Source: a bacterium (lineage in GTDB: Bacteria > Patescibacteriota > Minisyncoccia > Moranbacterales > DUUL01). From it: a stretch of DNA of 64,000 nucleotides. Below, one piece after another: positions 30,287-39,055 of this stretch. The DNA lies in assembly GCA_018675685.1 (NCBI GenBank), contig JABGXP010000018.1, positions 16,175-80,174 on the forward strand. Direction: 5' to 3'. The position numbers and the translations under genes are program-made. How positions within the stretch are numbered: the stretch's first letter is position 1; every line of letters starts with the position of its first letter. The notes under the pieces were generated by a model, which was not told the DNA's origin, did not search any database, and saw only the letters and a list, made by a program, of their open reading frames with translations.

Positions 30287-32026
30287 ATGAGTGAGGTTTA
30301 TAAAAAGAATTGGACATATCCGGATCCAAAGACGACTGAAAAGAAAGAACGAAGAAGGCAGCGTTTTTTTGAAATTCTTCCTGGCTTTTTGTGTTGGCTA
30401 ACTTTAATCGGGATGTTTGTTTTTTCTTGGTTGGCTCCTGTTTGGGTTGCGATTTATATTATTTTATTTGATATCTATTGGATTTATCGAACGATCTATA
30501 TCTCAATCTATTCCATCATTGCATATCGAAAATTAGAGCGATGGAAGAAAATTAATTGGTTTCATAGATTGGAGGCTATTTTTAAAAGTGACTCATTGGT
30601 CGAGGAATTGAATGATGAAATTTTAACTTTAAAAAAAGACCTTGCAAAAGGGAAATTTTCTAGGAAAGAGAGAAAAGAACTTAAGCAAAAAATTATTGAA
30701 AGGTCCAGCTTCCTTGTAAGAGTGAAGGATGATTTGAAAAATAGAGAGCTTTTTTTGCCATGGGAAGATGTTTATCATGTGATTTTGCTTCCAACTGCTG
30801 ATGAAGATGCTGGTATTATTGCTCCAGCAATTGAGGCTGTGAAAAATTCAAACTATCCAAACGATAAAGTGATCATTCTCCTTGCCCTAGAAGAGCGAGT
30901 GCCACTTGAACAAAGAGAGTTAAAGACAAAAATTTTATTAGATAAATATAAGGACACTTTCATGGACTTCATTGTTACAGTTCATGAAGTCAAGGGGAAT
31001 GAAATGAAATGTAAAGCTGCTAATACAACGTATGCTGCAAAAAAATTGAAGAAATATTTGGAGGATAAAAAAATACCACTAGAAAATGTGGTATTGTCTA
31101 ATTTTGATTGTGATACGCAAATTCATCCAGAATATCTAGCGGCCTTAACATATGCCTACGCAACAGAACCACGAAGGCTTAATTTTGCATACCAACCATT
31201 GCCGATGTACCACAACAATCTTTGGGATACCATTGCTCCAGTGAGAATTATTGTTACAGGTTCTTCTTTCTGGCATATGGTTGAGTCAATGCGCCCTGAT
31301 CATATGGTAACATTCTCTTCTCATTCAGAAGCGTTTAAAACGATTGTGGATGTTGATTACTGGCCAGTCAACGTGATCTCAGAAGACTCTGTTATTTTTT
31401 GGAAGTCCTATACTTATTTTGATGGAGATTATCAAGTAAAACCTATCTACTTACCAGTTTCTTTGGATGCCGTTCTTGGAAATGATTATTGGCATACCAT
31501 CAAAAATCAATATAAACAAAAGCATCGTTGGGCATATGGAATTGAAAATCTACCATTGCTTGGTCGAGCTTTTATGCAAAACAAGAAGATTAGCCTTTTT
31601 AAGAAAATCAAATACATGTTCACGATGTTAGAAGGTCATCATAGTTGGGCAACGGCATCTTTTGTGCTCGCTATCCTAGGTTGGCTCCCACTTATTTTTG
31701 GAGGAGAGAGGTTTAGTGAAACAACTTTGGCGCACAATTTGCCGTTTATCACAAGATACTTAATGACATTAGCAATGTCAGGTTTAGTCGTTTCTATGTT
31801 TTTAAGCTTTCTGTTAATGCCTCCAAAACCAGCCAGATATTCAAGAAGGAGATATGCAAATATGTTTTTTCAATGGTTTCTTGCTCCGATTATCGCACCA
31901 TTTTTAGGAGCAGCACCAGCGGTGCATGCACAAACAAAAATTATGCTAGGTAAGTACATGGGTGAATTTTGGATCACTGAAAAGATTATCAAAAAAGATA
32001 AGAAAAAAATAGATTCGAAGAAATAA
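30287..32026 (+). CDS. Membrane GT2-family glycosyltransferase
   Basis: NFDCD, ISED, Q..RWAYG; N- and C-terminal TMs. Confidence 0.85.
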   Translation: MSEVYKKNWTYPDPKTTEKKERRRQRFFEILPGFLCWLTLIGMFVFSWLAPVWVAIYIILFDIYWIYRTIYISIYSIIAYRKLERWKKINWFHRLEAIFKSDSLVEELNDEILTLKKDLAKGKFSRKERKELKQKIIERSSFLVRVKDDLKNRELFLPWEDVYHVILLPTADEDAGIIAPAIEAVKNSNYPNDKVIILLALEERVPLEQRELKTKILLDKYKDTFMDFIVTVHEVKGNEMKCKAANTTYAAKKLKKYLEDKKIPLENVVLSNFDCDTQIHPEYLAALTYAYATEPRRLNFAYQPLPMYHNNLWDTIAPVRIIVTGSSFWHMVESMRPDHMVTFSSHSEAFKTIVDVDYWPVNVISEDSVIFWKSYTYFDGDYQVKPIYLPVSLDAVLGNDYWHTIKNQYKQKHRWAYGIENLPLLGRAFMQNKKISLFKKIKYMFTMLEGHHSWATASFVLAILGWLPLIFGGERFSETTLAHNLPFITRYLMTLAMSGLVVSMFLSFLLMPPKPARYSRRRYANMFFQWFLAPIIAPFLGAAPAVHAQTKIMLGKYMGEFWITEKIIKKDKKKIDSKK

Positions 32027-32044
32027 AACCTTAATCTTAAACAG

Positions 32045-33049
32045 ATGGGTTGGAGTATATATTTTTTAATAGCAGTTTTAATTGGCGCAAGCCTAAGCTT
32101 TTTTGTTGGATTTTTTCGAGATAGAATTAGAAAAGATGTGATTAAAAGATTCGGTGGAATAGCAATAATAATCCCTTTATTGTTTATTGTTCCAATAAGT
32201 TCTCAGATTGAAATGACTCTAGCAGTTAAAGGTTTGATTTTTGGCTTAGTAGCGATCTTATTTTTTGGAATATTAGATGACATATTTAAGTTGTCTTGGA
32301 AATACCAGTTATTTTTTCAAATCATGCTAGTGCTTTGCCTGATCTTCTTCTTTGCCTTTTCCGTGGATTATTTTGTTGGACCATTTGAAAGAATTTTTAG
32401 GATGGACGGTTTGATTTTGGAATTAGGCTTTTTAAAAGTTTCTATTTTTAGCGCCATGTTTTTATTATTGTGGTTCCTGTTTATCATGAATTCAATTAAC
32501 TGGATTGATGGAATAAACGGGATTTCTGGAGCAGTCGGAATGCTAGGTGGCATTGCCCTTTTTTGGATTAGCTTGGTTCAGGAAGTGAATCAACCAGCAA
32601 TTGCTATTTTAGCACTTATTTTCATAGGCTCGATCATGGGATTTTGGTGGAATAATTTTCCTTTTGGCAAAATCGAAGCAGGGACAAGCGGGAGTTACGC
32701 CATTGGATTTTTTTTGGCGACCACAGCTATTATGGCAGGCACGAAAGTTGCGACAGCCTTGATAGTGCTTATAATCCCATTAGTTGATTTTGTTTGGGTT
32801 GTATGCGAGAGACGGAAAAAAGGATTGCCAATAACAAAAAGAGATAAGAACCATCTGCATCATAAACTGAAGAACTGTGGTTGGTCTGATACAAGGATAG
32901 TTTTTTGCTATTTTGTATTCACGTCTGTAATATTAATATCATCTTTTCTTTTGGAATCAAGGAATTGGAAATTCGGTGTAATTGCATTAGAAGTTTTGAT
33001 CCTAATTTTATTTATAAGGTATATCTCAATCAAATTAACTAAAAAATAA
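32045..33049 (+). CDS. MraY/WecA-family polyprenyl-phosphate sugar-1-P transferase
   Basis: RFGGIAI, GILDD, NSINWIDGING, D.NHLHH. Confidence 0.85.
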   Translation: MGWSIYFLIAVLIGASLSFFVGFFRDRIRKDVIKRFGGIAIIIPLLFIVPISSQIEMTLAVKGLIFGLVAILFFGILDDIFKLSWKYQLFFQIMLVLCLIFFFAFSVDYFVGPFERIFRMDGLILELGFLKVSIFSAMFLLLWFLFIMNSINWIDGINGISGAVGMLGGIALFWISLVQEVNQPAIAILALIFIGSIMGFWWNNFPFGKIEAGTSGSYAIGFFLATTAIMAGTKVATALIVLIIPLVDFVWVVCERRKKGLPITKRDKNHLHHKLKNCGWSDTRIVFCYFVFTSVILISSFLLESRNWKFGVIALEVLILILFIRYISIKLTKK

Positions 33050-33050
33050 G

Positions 33051-33515
33051 ATGAAACTAAGAATTAGAGATTATTTTTTTCTATTAATTGTTTTGTTGGG
33101 ATTCTTTGCTCTAGTGTCTCAAAAGTTTCTTGGCAATAACAATATAGAAGAGAAAAACAGGGTTAAAGAAAAAGTAATCATCTTGAACAATACATCATTG
33201 TTTGTTAGAATCGCTAATAATGAAGAATCAAGATCTAATGGTCTGAGAGAGGTCGATAGTATTGAAGATAGCGAGGGTATGCTTTTTGTGCACGATCATC
33301 CAGATCAACATATTTACAATATGCATAATATGAAATTTGATTTGGATTTCATATTTATTAAAGAAAACAAGATAGTGGATATTGCAAAAAGTATCTCCTA
33401 TTCATACAAGGGGGCGATAAAGGGTGGGACAGCATATGACAAGGTGATTGAAGTAAATGCTGATTGGGTGAAAAAGCATAATATTAAAATAGCTGATGAA
33501 GTTCGCCTCGATTGA
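33051..33515 (+). CDS. DUF192 family exported protein
   Basis: A....R..GL, GMLF, M.NM.F.LD.IFI, VIEVNA. Confidence 0.85.
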   Translation: MKLRIRDYFFLLIVLLGFFALVSQKFLGNNNIEEKNRVKEKVIILNNTSLFVRIANNEESRSNGLREVDSIEDSEGMLFVHDHPDQHIYNMHNMKFDLDFIFIKENKIVDIAKSISYSYKGAIKGGTAYDKVIEVNADWVKKHNIKIADEVRLD

Positions 33516-33540
33516 TGATTTTATATTTAAATTGGAATAA

Positions 33541-33879
33541 ATGGAGTTTAAGTTTCCAAAGAATGACAATAGTTATTACTGGACCAGTCATTCAAAGGGG
33601 AAAATGATCCAATATTCAATTGGTCCGAATTTAGTCAAAAGAATTATTCGTTTTCCAGACAGAAGAGAAGAGGGGATTGCTGAAAATACAATAGCATCGA
33701 TGAGGCGTAAGGTAGGAAAATCAAGTACAAAAGAGACATGGGTAATGTATCAAATGGAAAAAGGAAAGAAGAAGATAATTTCTACCTGGATTTTTCCAGG
33801 AGAAAGTTCAATAAATAAAGAGATTTTTGTTCCCGAAGAAGCTTGGGAGGAAATCTACAAACATCAGAAACGGAGGTAG
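33541..33879 (+). CDS. DUF4258-like (RelE/BrnT-fold-like) small protein
   Basis: WT.H...KM, VKRIIR.P.R.EEG, WVMY, IISTW. Confidence 0.55.
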   Translation: MEFKFPKNDNSYYWTSHSKGKMIQYSIGPNLVKRIIRFPDRREEGIAENTIASMRRKVGKSSTKETWVMYQMEKGKKKIISTWIFPGESSINKEIFVPEEAWEEIYKHQKRR

Positions 33880-33882
33880 CGA

Positions 33883-34041
33883 ATGGTTATCGATTGTTCA
33901 AAACAAGACGGCAAGAAGTGCAAAGTTAAAAGTGGTAGTACAAAAGAAACAGAAGGAGACAAATCTCGTGTTTTGGAGATCACGATTATCGAATGTCCTC
34001 ATAGAATTCCACCACCTTCAAAGAAATGTCCCAAGTGCTGA
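33883..34041 (+). CDS. 52-aa Cys-rich small protein
   Basis: GGAGG SD; MVIDCSKQDGKKCKVK...IIECPHRIPPPSKKCPKC; not in the ORF track. Confidence 0.55.
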   Translation: MVIDCSKQDGKKCKVKSGSTKETEGDKSRVLEITIIECPHRIPPPSKKCPKC

Positions 34042-34088
34042 TGTTTAAGTTAATGATGTGGTCTAGGTTATTAACCTTGGGCCACATT

Positions 34089-35036
34089 TTATTTTTTAAA
34101 TTTTTCTACTAAAGTATTTATTTTGCTTGGTTCATTTTCCCAAACAATTTTCTTGTTGCGACGAAACCAGGTTTTTTGGCGCTTAGCATAACCTCGTTCA
34201 GCTATAAATACTTTTTCTCTAAGTTCTGCCTCGTCAATTTTTTTTTGAAGAAAAAGAGGTATCCAATAATAACCAAGGCCAAAGGATTGAATTTTCTCCC
34301 AACTTAAATTATAGAACTCTTTTAATTTTTGAATTTCCAAAATCATTCCACTTTGCCAACGTCCATCTAAGCGTTCTTTGATTTTTTGATCCAATTTATT
34401 TTGTGGCCAATCAATGCCAATTTCTAAAAAAATAAAATCAGAGTGCTGTCTCTTTTTTATTTCAGGAACTTCCCCTAGTTTAGTGGCAATCTCAATTGCC
34501 CTAATTACACGCACCTTGTTTTTTAGATCTATATTGTTAGCTCTTTTTGAATCCAACTCTTGAAGTTTCTTTGTTAAAATTTCCGGAGAACACAAGGAAA
34601 GCTCCTTTCTTAGGTTTAAATCAGGCTTCACTTCTGGGAGGATCACACCACTGACTACCGCATCAATCCAAAAACCTGTTCCACCACAAATAATTGGTAA
34701 TTTCTTCCGAGAAAGAATTTCTTTGATTTTCTTTTCACAATCTTTTTTAAAGTGAGAAACATTATAATCTCCTCGTGGTGAGCGAAAATCTAGTAAGTGA
34801 TGGGGAATACCCTCTGAATAAAAGGCCTTTTGCTTAATTTCTCCCGTGATGAGTCTCCATGAGCCACTGACTTTACCTGTTCCTAGATCCATGTCCCGAT
34901 AGACCTGCCTTGAATCTGCTGAAATAATTTCGCCATTGAATCTTTTGGCGAGTGAAATTGCGGTATCAGATTTTCCAGATGAAGTGGGACCTAGAATGAC
35001 AACAACTTTTGATTTTTTGGGAAGTAATTTGTTCAT
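34089..35036 (-). CDS. miaA: tRNA dimethylallyltransferase
   Basis: GPTSSGKS, IISADSRQVY, GGTGFW, YAKRQ.TWF. Confidence 0.96.
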   Translation of the reverse strand: MNKLLPKKSKVVVILGPTSSGKSDTAISLAKRFNGEIISADSRQVYRDMDLGTGKVSGSWRLITGEIKQKAFYSEGIPHHLLDFRSPRGDYNVSHFKKDCEKKIKEILSRKKLPIICGGTGFWIDAVVSGVILPEVKPDLNLRKELSLCSPEILTKKLQELDSKRANNIDLKNKVRVIRAIEIATKLGEVPEIKKRQHSDFIFLEIGIDWPQNKLDQKIKERLDGRWQSGMILEIQKLKEFYNLSWEKIQSFGLGYYWIPLFLQKKIDEAELREKVFIAERGYAKRQKTWFRRNKKIVWENEPSKINTLVEKFKK

Positions 35037-35106
35037 AAGAAGTAAGTTGTTTAGCACCGTAAATGTTATATGCTTGAGCATTTATGTCAATAGATGTTGC
35101 TTTTTG

Positions 35107-35290
35107 TTGACAAAAATCTTGAATTTAGTATAATTCTAGTCAAGTAATCACTTTATTATGAAAGATCCTCTGGCAACAAAGAATAATTATATTATAAGCC
35201 TTACCATTAGGTGACATATTTTATTTGCCGGAGAATTCTTACAATCAGTATACCACTCAAAAGAATTCCGGCGCAACCCGGTTTTTTATT
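35107..35290 (+). promoter_or_regulatory. Promoter plus structured leader/attenuator candidate
   Basis: TTGACA-N16-TATAAT; competing stems; CCGG/CCGG-T6 end; uORF 35158-35214. Confidence 0.45.
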
Positions 35291-35448
35291 TTAATTAGTT
35301 TCTTGAAAATCAAGTAAGTCAAAAGTAGGAAAAGAGTCAAATATTCTTATTTTACTTTTGACTTGTTTGCAAAAAAAGCAATCTAGTCAAAAATAAGTGA
35401 GATGTTTTTTACAATCAGCAATTTAGCACCGAAAAGGAGAAAGTCTAA

Positions 35449-35652
35449 ATGGCAACAAAAAAGGAAAGAAAACTCGCCATCAAGGCGAGCAACGCAGAGG
35501 CGCAACTTCTCAACATGCATACACAAAAAATGACAACAGGCACAGGGGGGCGCTCAATTTCAAGGAATGACCTTCAGAAAAAAGAGAGAGTATTTCGCAA
35601 AAAAGAAGAAAGAGCAGAGGAGGCTTTGCGTAAAGCAAAGATTTTGGCATAA
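35449..35652 (+). CDS. Small basic hypothetical protein
   Basis: AAAGGAG SD, 67 aa, hairpin downstream. Confidence 0.6.
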   Translation: MATKKERKLAIKASNAEAQLLNMHTQKMTTGTGGRSISRNDLQKKERVFRKKEERAEEALRKAKILA

Positions 35653-35981
35653 GCTAAAAACCAGCATTCTGCACCACCTGCACTAAAAACACCTCATTTC
35701 GCTTATTCAAAAAAGAGGGCTTGTATATAAATCAAGCCCTCAACCTCTAAAACAACAATCTTTAATATAGAATCTATTCCGTGAGTCAAGAATCTCAAGC
35801 AAGAAAACAAGTCATTATTAGTGAACTTATTACTATTCGACGAAGGTCGAGTTAATTTTGTTTTTAAAACTAAAAAACAAATTTAACTCGGCGAAGATTC
35901 GTCGTTTTTTTTATTTATAAATTTAGTACATTAAAACCTATTGCAATAAACCAAACCTTCAATATAAAAGGAGGAGCTTAA

Positions 35982-36167
35982 ATGTGCAACGAAAAAAGGA
36001 TTGCAGAGATTAGCAGTGAAGAGCTGTTTTGGAAGGGAATTTCAACATTGGACACGGAAGCTTATTTAAGAGCCGTCATCTCTGGAAAAATTTCCGGTGC
36101 AGGAGAGGTTAAGTCAGTGGAGTGGTTCTTTTATTTAGAGATGATTGAATATGGTAGAGATAGTTGA
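35982..36167 (+). CDS. Small hypothetical protein
   Basis: AAAGGAGGAG SD, terminator at 36193. Confidence 0.6.
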   Translation: MCNEKRIAEISSEELFWKGISTLDTEAYLRAVISGKISGAGEVKSVEWFFYLEMIEYGRDS

Positions 36168-36192
36168 ACTCTTTCAATGTTTGAACGTTTTT

Positions 36193-36233
36193 TAACAACT
36201 CCTTTGATGCAACATCAAAGGAGTTGTTTTTTT
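36193..36233 (+). terminator. Intrinsic terminator
   Basis: AACAACTCCTTTGATG-CAA-CATCAAAGGAGTTGTT followed by a T run. Confidence 0.85.
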
Positions 36234-36452
36234 GAAGAAAGCAGTCTATAATTTAATTACTTAAATATTTTTTATTTTTTAAAATGTTTATTCGAAAGAA
36301 TCAATTACTGGGACTACTCCTGCTCCGAAATGCTCGGGTGGTTTTTGATTTCAAAGAATAGACAAATCGTAGATTTATTTAAAAGTTCTTTAAACAAGCC
36401 ACCAAGAAGGTGGTGTTTTTTTATTCATTCTTTTTAAAAAAAAGGAGAGAGT

Positions 36453-36719
36453 ATGGCTGAAATTGTTATAATCGAGGTTTTGGAAAAAGGTGTTTGTTTG
36501 AAAGATTTTGACATTCAGGGATTCAAACAACCATTGGAACTAGGTGAGATTCTTCATTTTTCGCTTGTGTGTAAAGCTGAGCATAAGGAAATACTAAAGG
36601 AGGACTGGATGTTGGTGGTTGAAAGTGAAGATAATGCTAAAAAAGGAGGAGGGCTTTGTAAAGAAGAATTTGATTTTTGTATGCAGTTCAATACCTTTAA
36701 GAAAATAGGCATTGTATGA
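36453..36719 (+). CDS. Small hypothetical protein
   Basis: AAAGGAG SD, terminator at 36742. Confidence 0.65.
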   Translation: MAEIVIIEVLEKGVCLKDFDIQGFKQPLELGEILHFSLVCKAEHKEILKEDWMLVVESEDNAKKGGGLCKEEFDFCMQFNTFKKIGIV

Positions 36720-36741
36720 AAAAGATGATTTTGGAAAAATT

Positions 36742-36781
36742 AAATCTCAGGTAGCGTCAATGCGTGCTACCTGAGATTTTT
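36742..36781 (+). terminator. Intrinsic terminator
   Basis: AAATCTCAGGTAGC...GCTACCTGAGATTTTT. Confidence 0.8.
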
Positions 36782-36839
36782 CGAGAAAATTATGTTGGAG
36801 TGATTTGACATTTCTCTTAGAGATGCTAGTCTTGTGTTA

Positions 36840-37016
36840 AGTTAAGTTTATTATCATCATCTTGATGAACCAAGGAAGAATTACAATTTATGTGTTTATT
36901 CTCTTTATGCTCTGGATTACCCAGACCGATTTTGGTTTATCGAGAATAGAAGTTTAGCAAATATTTCAAGAAATTCTCAATAGTCCAAGACCGGTCTCAC
37001 AAGATCCGGTTTTTTT
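36840..37016 (+). ncRNA. Self-contained transcript candidate (structured RNA and/or 30-aa TM peptide)
   Basis: TTGACA-N16-TAGTCT promoter; TATTCTC/GAGAATA junction with two inner hairpins; ACCGG/CCGGT-T7 terminator. Confidence 0.4.
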
Positions 37017-37060
37017 ATTACTATTTTTTAATAAAATTTAGTTTAAAGTAAATTATTCAA

Positions 37061-37510
37061 ATGATTAAAGACAAACTCATCATATTCGACTTTCTAAGGA
37101 CGATATATAACCCAGATAAAGATATTTTCGTAAAGGATGCAATGGTGGTTTTGGATAGATTGAGAATAGGCAATACCTTGATTCTTTATACAAGTCGAGA
37201 AGGTGATAAAAACAGGAAGAGTCTCTTGGAGAGAATTGGTTTAAATGAAGCTTTCGATGAAATATGCTTAGTTGAAAAAAAGGATCGAAAGACAATGAAA
37301 TTAATTGCAGATAAGTATGGCAAAAAGAATCGAGAAGTGATAGTGATTGGAGACAGAATTAAGAGTGAAATTTTAATAGGGAATAAGAATAACTTTCAGA
37401 CCATTTGGTTTAAAAATGGGAAATATTCGAAAAAGGGTGCTGAAAGTTCAATTGAGGAACCAGATTTTTTAATAGATAATTTAGAAGAACTTTTAAAACT
37501 TAGTTTGTAA
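37061..37510 (+). CDS. HAD-family hydrolase
   Basis: IIFDFLRTIY, VIGDRI.SEI..G, PDF.I..LEEL. Confidence 0.8.
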   Translation: MIKDKLIIFDFLRTIYNPDKDIFVKDAMVVLDRLRIGNTLILYTSREGDKNRKSLLERIGLNEAFDEICLVEKKDRKTMKLIADKYGKKNREVIVIGDRIKSEILIGNKNNFQTIWFKNGKYSKKGAESSIEEPDFLIDNLEELLKLSL

Positions 37511-37584
37511 AAACAGATTGTAGAAAAACAAGAGTGTATCTTGAGACAAAGAAAAACAATCAACACAGCAAAAAGGAGTACAAC

Positions 37585-38790
37585 ATGGAAAAGAAGAGGG
37601 AAGAGAAAGTTGTTGAGATGGAGAATTTCTTGCAAGAAACCGGACTTTGGGATGATCCAAGGAGAAAATTTGTTTTACCAGCATCGGTTCATTCATTGGG
37701 TCAAAATGATGTAAAATTCATCAAGGAGATTGGTCCTAAAATCGTTAACTTATTAAAGGTTAGTGATAGTTTGATGGGAAAAGCTGTTAACAAGAACTTG
37801 AATAATGGAGCAATGGGTTTTTTCCGAAGAACTGCCACTGCTGGAATTCCTAAGTTGAGGAAAAAAATTCAACAAAAATTCCACACCAGTTTTCCCCAGA
37901 GCATCAAGGTTGACCTTGTGAAAGGTCAGGATGGAAAGATGTATATCGTTGAAATTGACACAGTCAACACCCACGGGCTTGGATACGGAAAAATTCTCAG
38001 AAGCATGTGCGATTTTCTCTCAACACCACCTGGTCAAGAAAATTTTCAACCAGAAGGAACAGAGAGAATTCTGAATCACTCTCCGCTAGAAGTCATCGTA
38101 CCCTTCAATGATCGTTTTCATGAGGGTGAGTGGGCGGCGACTTCTTCGTTGATTGAAACACTGACCTTTCATCGTGAAAACGATGTTAAGCCAGAAATGT
38201 TTAAAGGTAAAACTATCTTAGACATCCACCACAAACTCAAACCTAGGTTTCAGGAAGAATTGGTTGAAATGTTTCTTCGTGGGGAGCTTGATATTTTAGT
38301 TCACCCGAAAGACCAACTTGGTTCAAAAAATGTCCTGCCCTTGGCTTGGCATCCGGAAACTAGTGAGGAACTCTTGGCTGAAGATGGAATGACTAAAGAT
38401 GAACTATCTTTTATCAAGAAGCATCTTCCAGAATCTTTGTTTGTCACAAAAAAAACCAAGCTCGATGATTTTTCTGACGAAGACTGGCTCTTGAAAGATG
38501 TTAATAGTAATGCCATGAAAGGAGTTGTTTCACCTTCAAGGTTTGATCCGCGTAAACTTGGTAACTGTAATGTTATTCTACAAAGAAAGATTCCTCAGAT
38601 GAAATTGAAATTTGATTTCTTTGACAAGGAAGAAGGATTTTCCAGCGAACATCTTTTCTCAAGATACATTGTATATTTTGGGGCTGACGGTACTCCTTTG
38701 GAGTGTCTCTACACTGCTACACCAGAAGAACTAACTCATGGTGGTATAAATGCGGTTTTAGGGAGTGCAGTTTTCTGTGATTGTGAATAA
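37585..38790 (+). CDS. Circularly permuted ATP-grasp / glutathionylspermidine-synthase-like protein
   Basis: KVD...IVEID...HGLGY, GSKNVL, LPES, WLLK.....KGV, ILQRKI; AAGGAG SD. Confidence 0.6.
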   Translation: MEKKREEKVVEMENFLQETGLWDDPRRKFVLPASVHSLGQNDVKFIKEIGPKIVNLLKVSDSLMGKAVNKNLNNGAMGFFRRTATAGIPKLRKKIQQKFHTSFPQSIKVDLVKGQDGKMYIVEIDTVNTHGLGYGKILRSMCDFLSTPPGQENFQPEGTERILNHSPLEVIVPFNDRFHEGEWAATSSLIETLTFHRENDVKPEMFKGKTILDIHHKLKPRFQEELVEMFLRGELDILVHPKDQLGSKNVLPLAWHPETSEELLAEDGMTKDELSFIKKHLPESLFVTKKTKLDDFSDEDWLLKDVNSNAMKGVVSPSRFDPRKLGNCNVILQRKIPQMKLKFDFFDKEEGFSSEHLFSRYIVYFGADGTPLECLYTATPEELTHGGINAVLGSAVFCDCE

Positions 38791-38805
38791 AAGAAAGTTT
38801 TTAAA

Positions 38806-38850
38806 GTGTGGGCGTTGCTTGAATCTAAGCGACGCCCACTTTATTTTATT
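38806..38850 (+). terminator. Intrinsic terminator
   Basis: GTGGGCGTTGCTT...AAGCGACGCCCAC followed by a T-rich tail. Confidence 0.8.
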
Positions 38851-38908
38851 ATTTAAGCAAGTTTTAATTTTAAATTATTAAAACAAAGAGTATACTGTAA
38901 AATAGATA

Positions 38909-38979
38909 CGGGCCGTAGTATAACGGTAGTACGCGCGCATGGGGTGTGTGTGGCTCGAGTTCGACTCTCGGCGGCCCGA
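38909..38979 (+). tRNA. tRNA-Pro(GGG), CCA not encoded
   Basis: Acceptor CGGGCCG/CGGCCCG, anticodon arm CGCGC-ATGGGGT-GTGTG, T-loop GTTCGACTC. Confidence 0.95.
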
Positions 38980-39055
38980 CATTGTTTTGTCTTAGAATTT
39001 TGTGTATTATAAAAAACAAACAGGGAACTTTAAGTTGTAAGTTAAATAAAAAAAA

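Noticed and set aside
33827-34048. 73-aa track ORF
   Set aside because: Overlaps the upstream gene and lacks an RBS; the SD-led ORF 33883-34041 in another frame fits better
35290-36785. Integron attC cassette array or CRISPR array
   Set aside because: The hairpins share no sequence, I found no consistent RYYYAAC...GTTRRRY ends, and there is no intI or cas gene
35100-38979. tRNA-integrated prophage or genomic island
   Set aside because: The region lies 5' of tRNA-Pro; no duplicated tRNA 3' end, integrase or phage gene was seen
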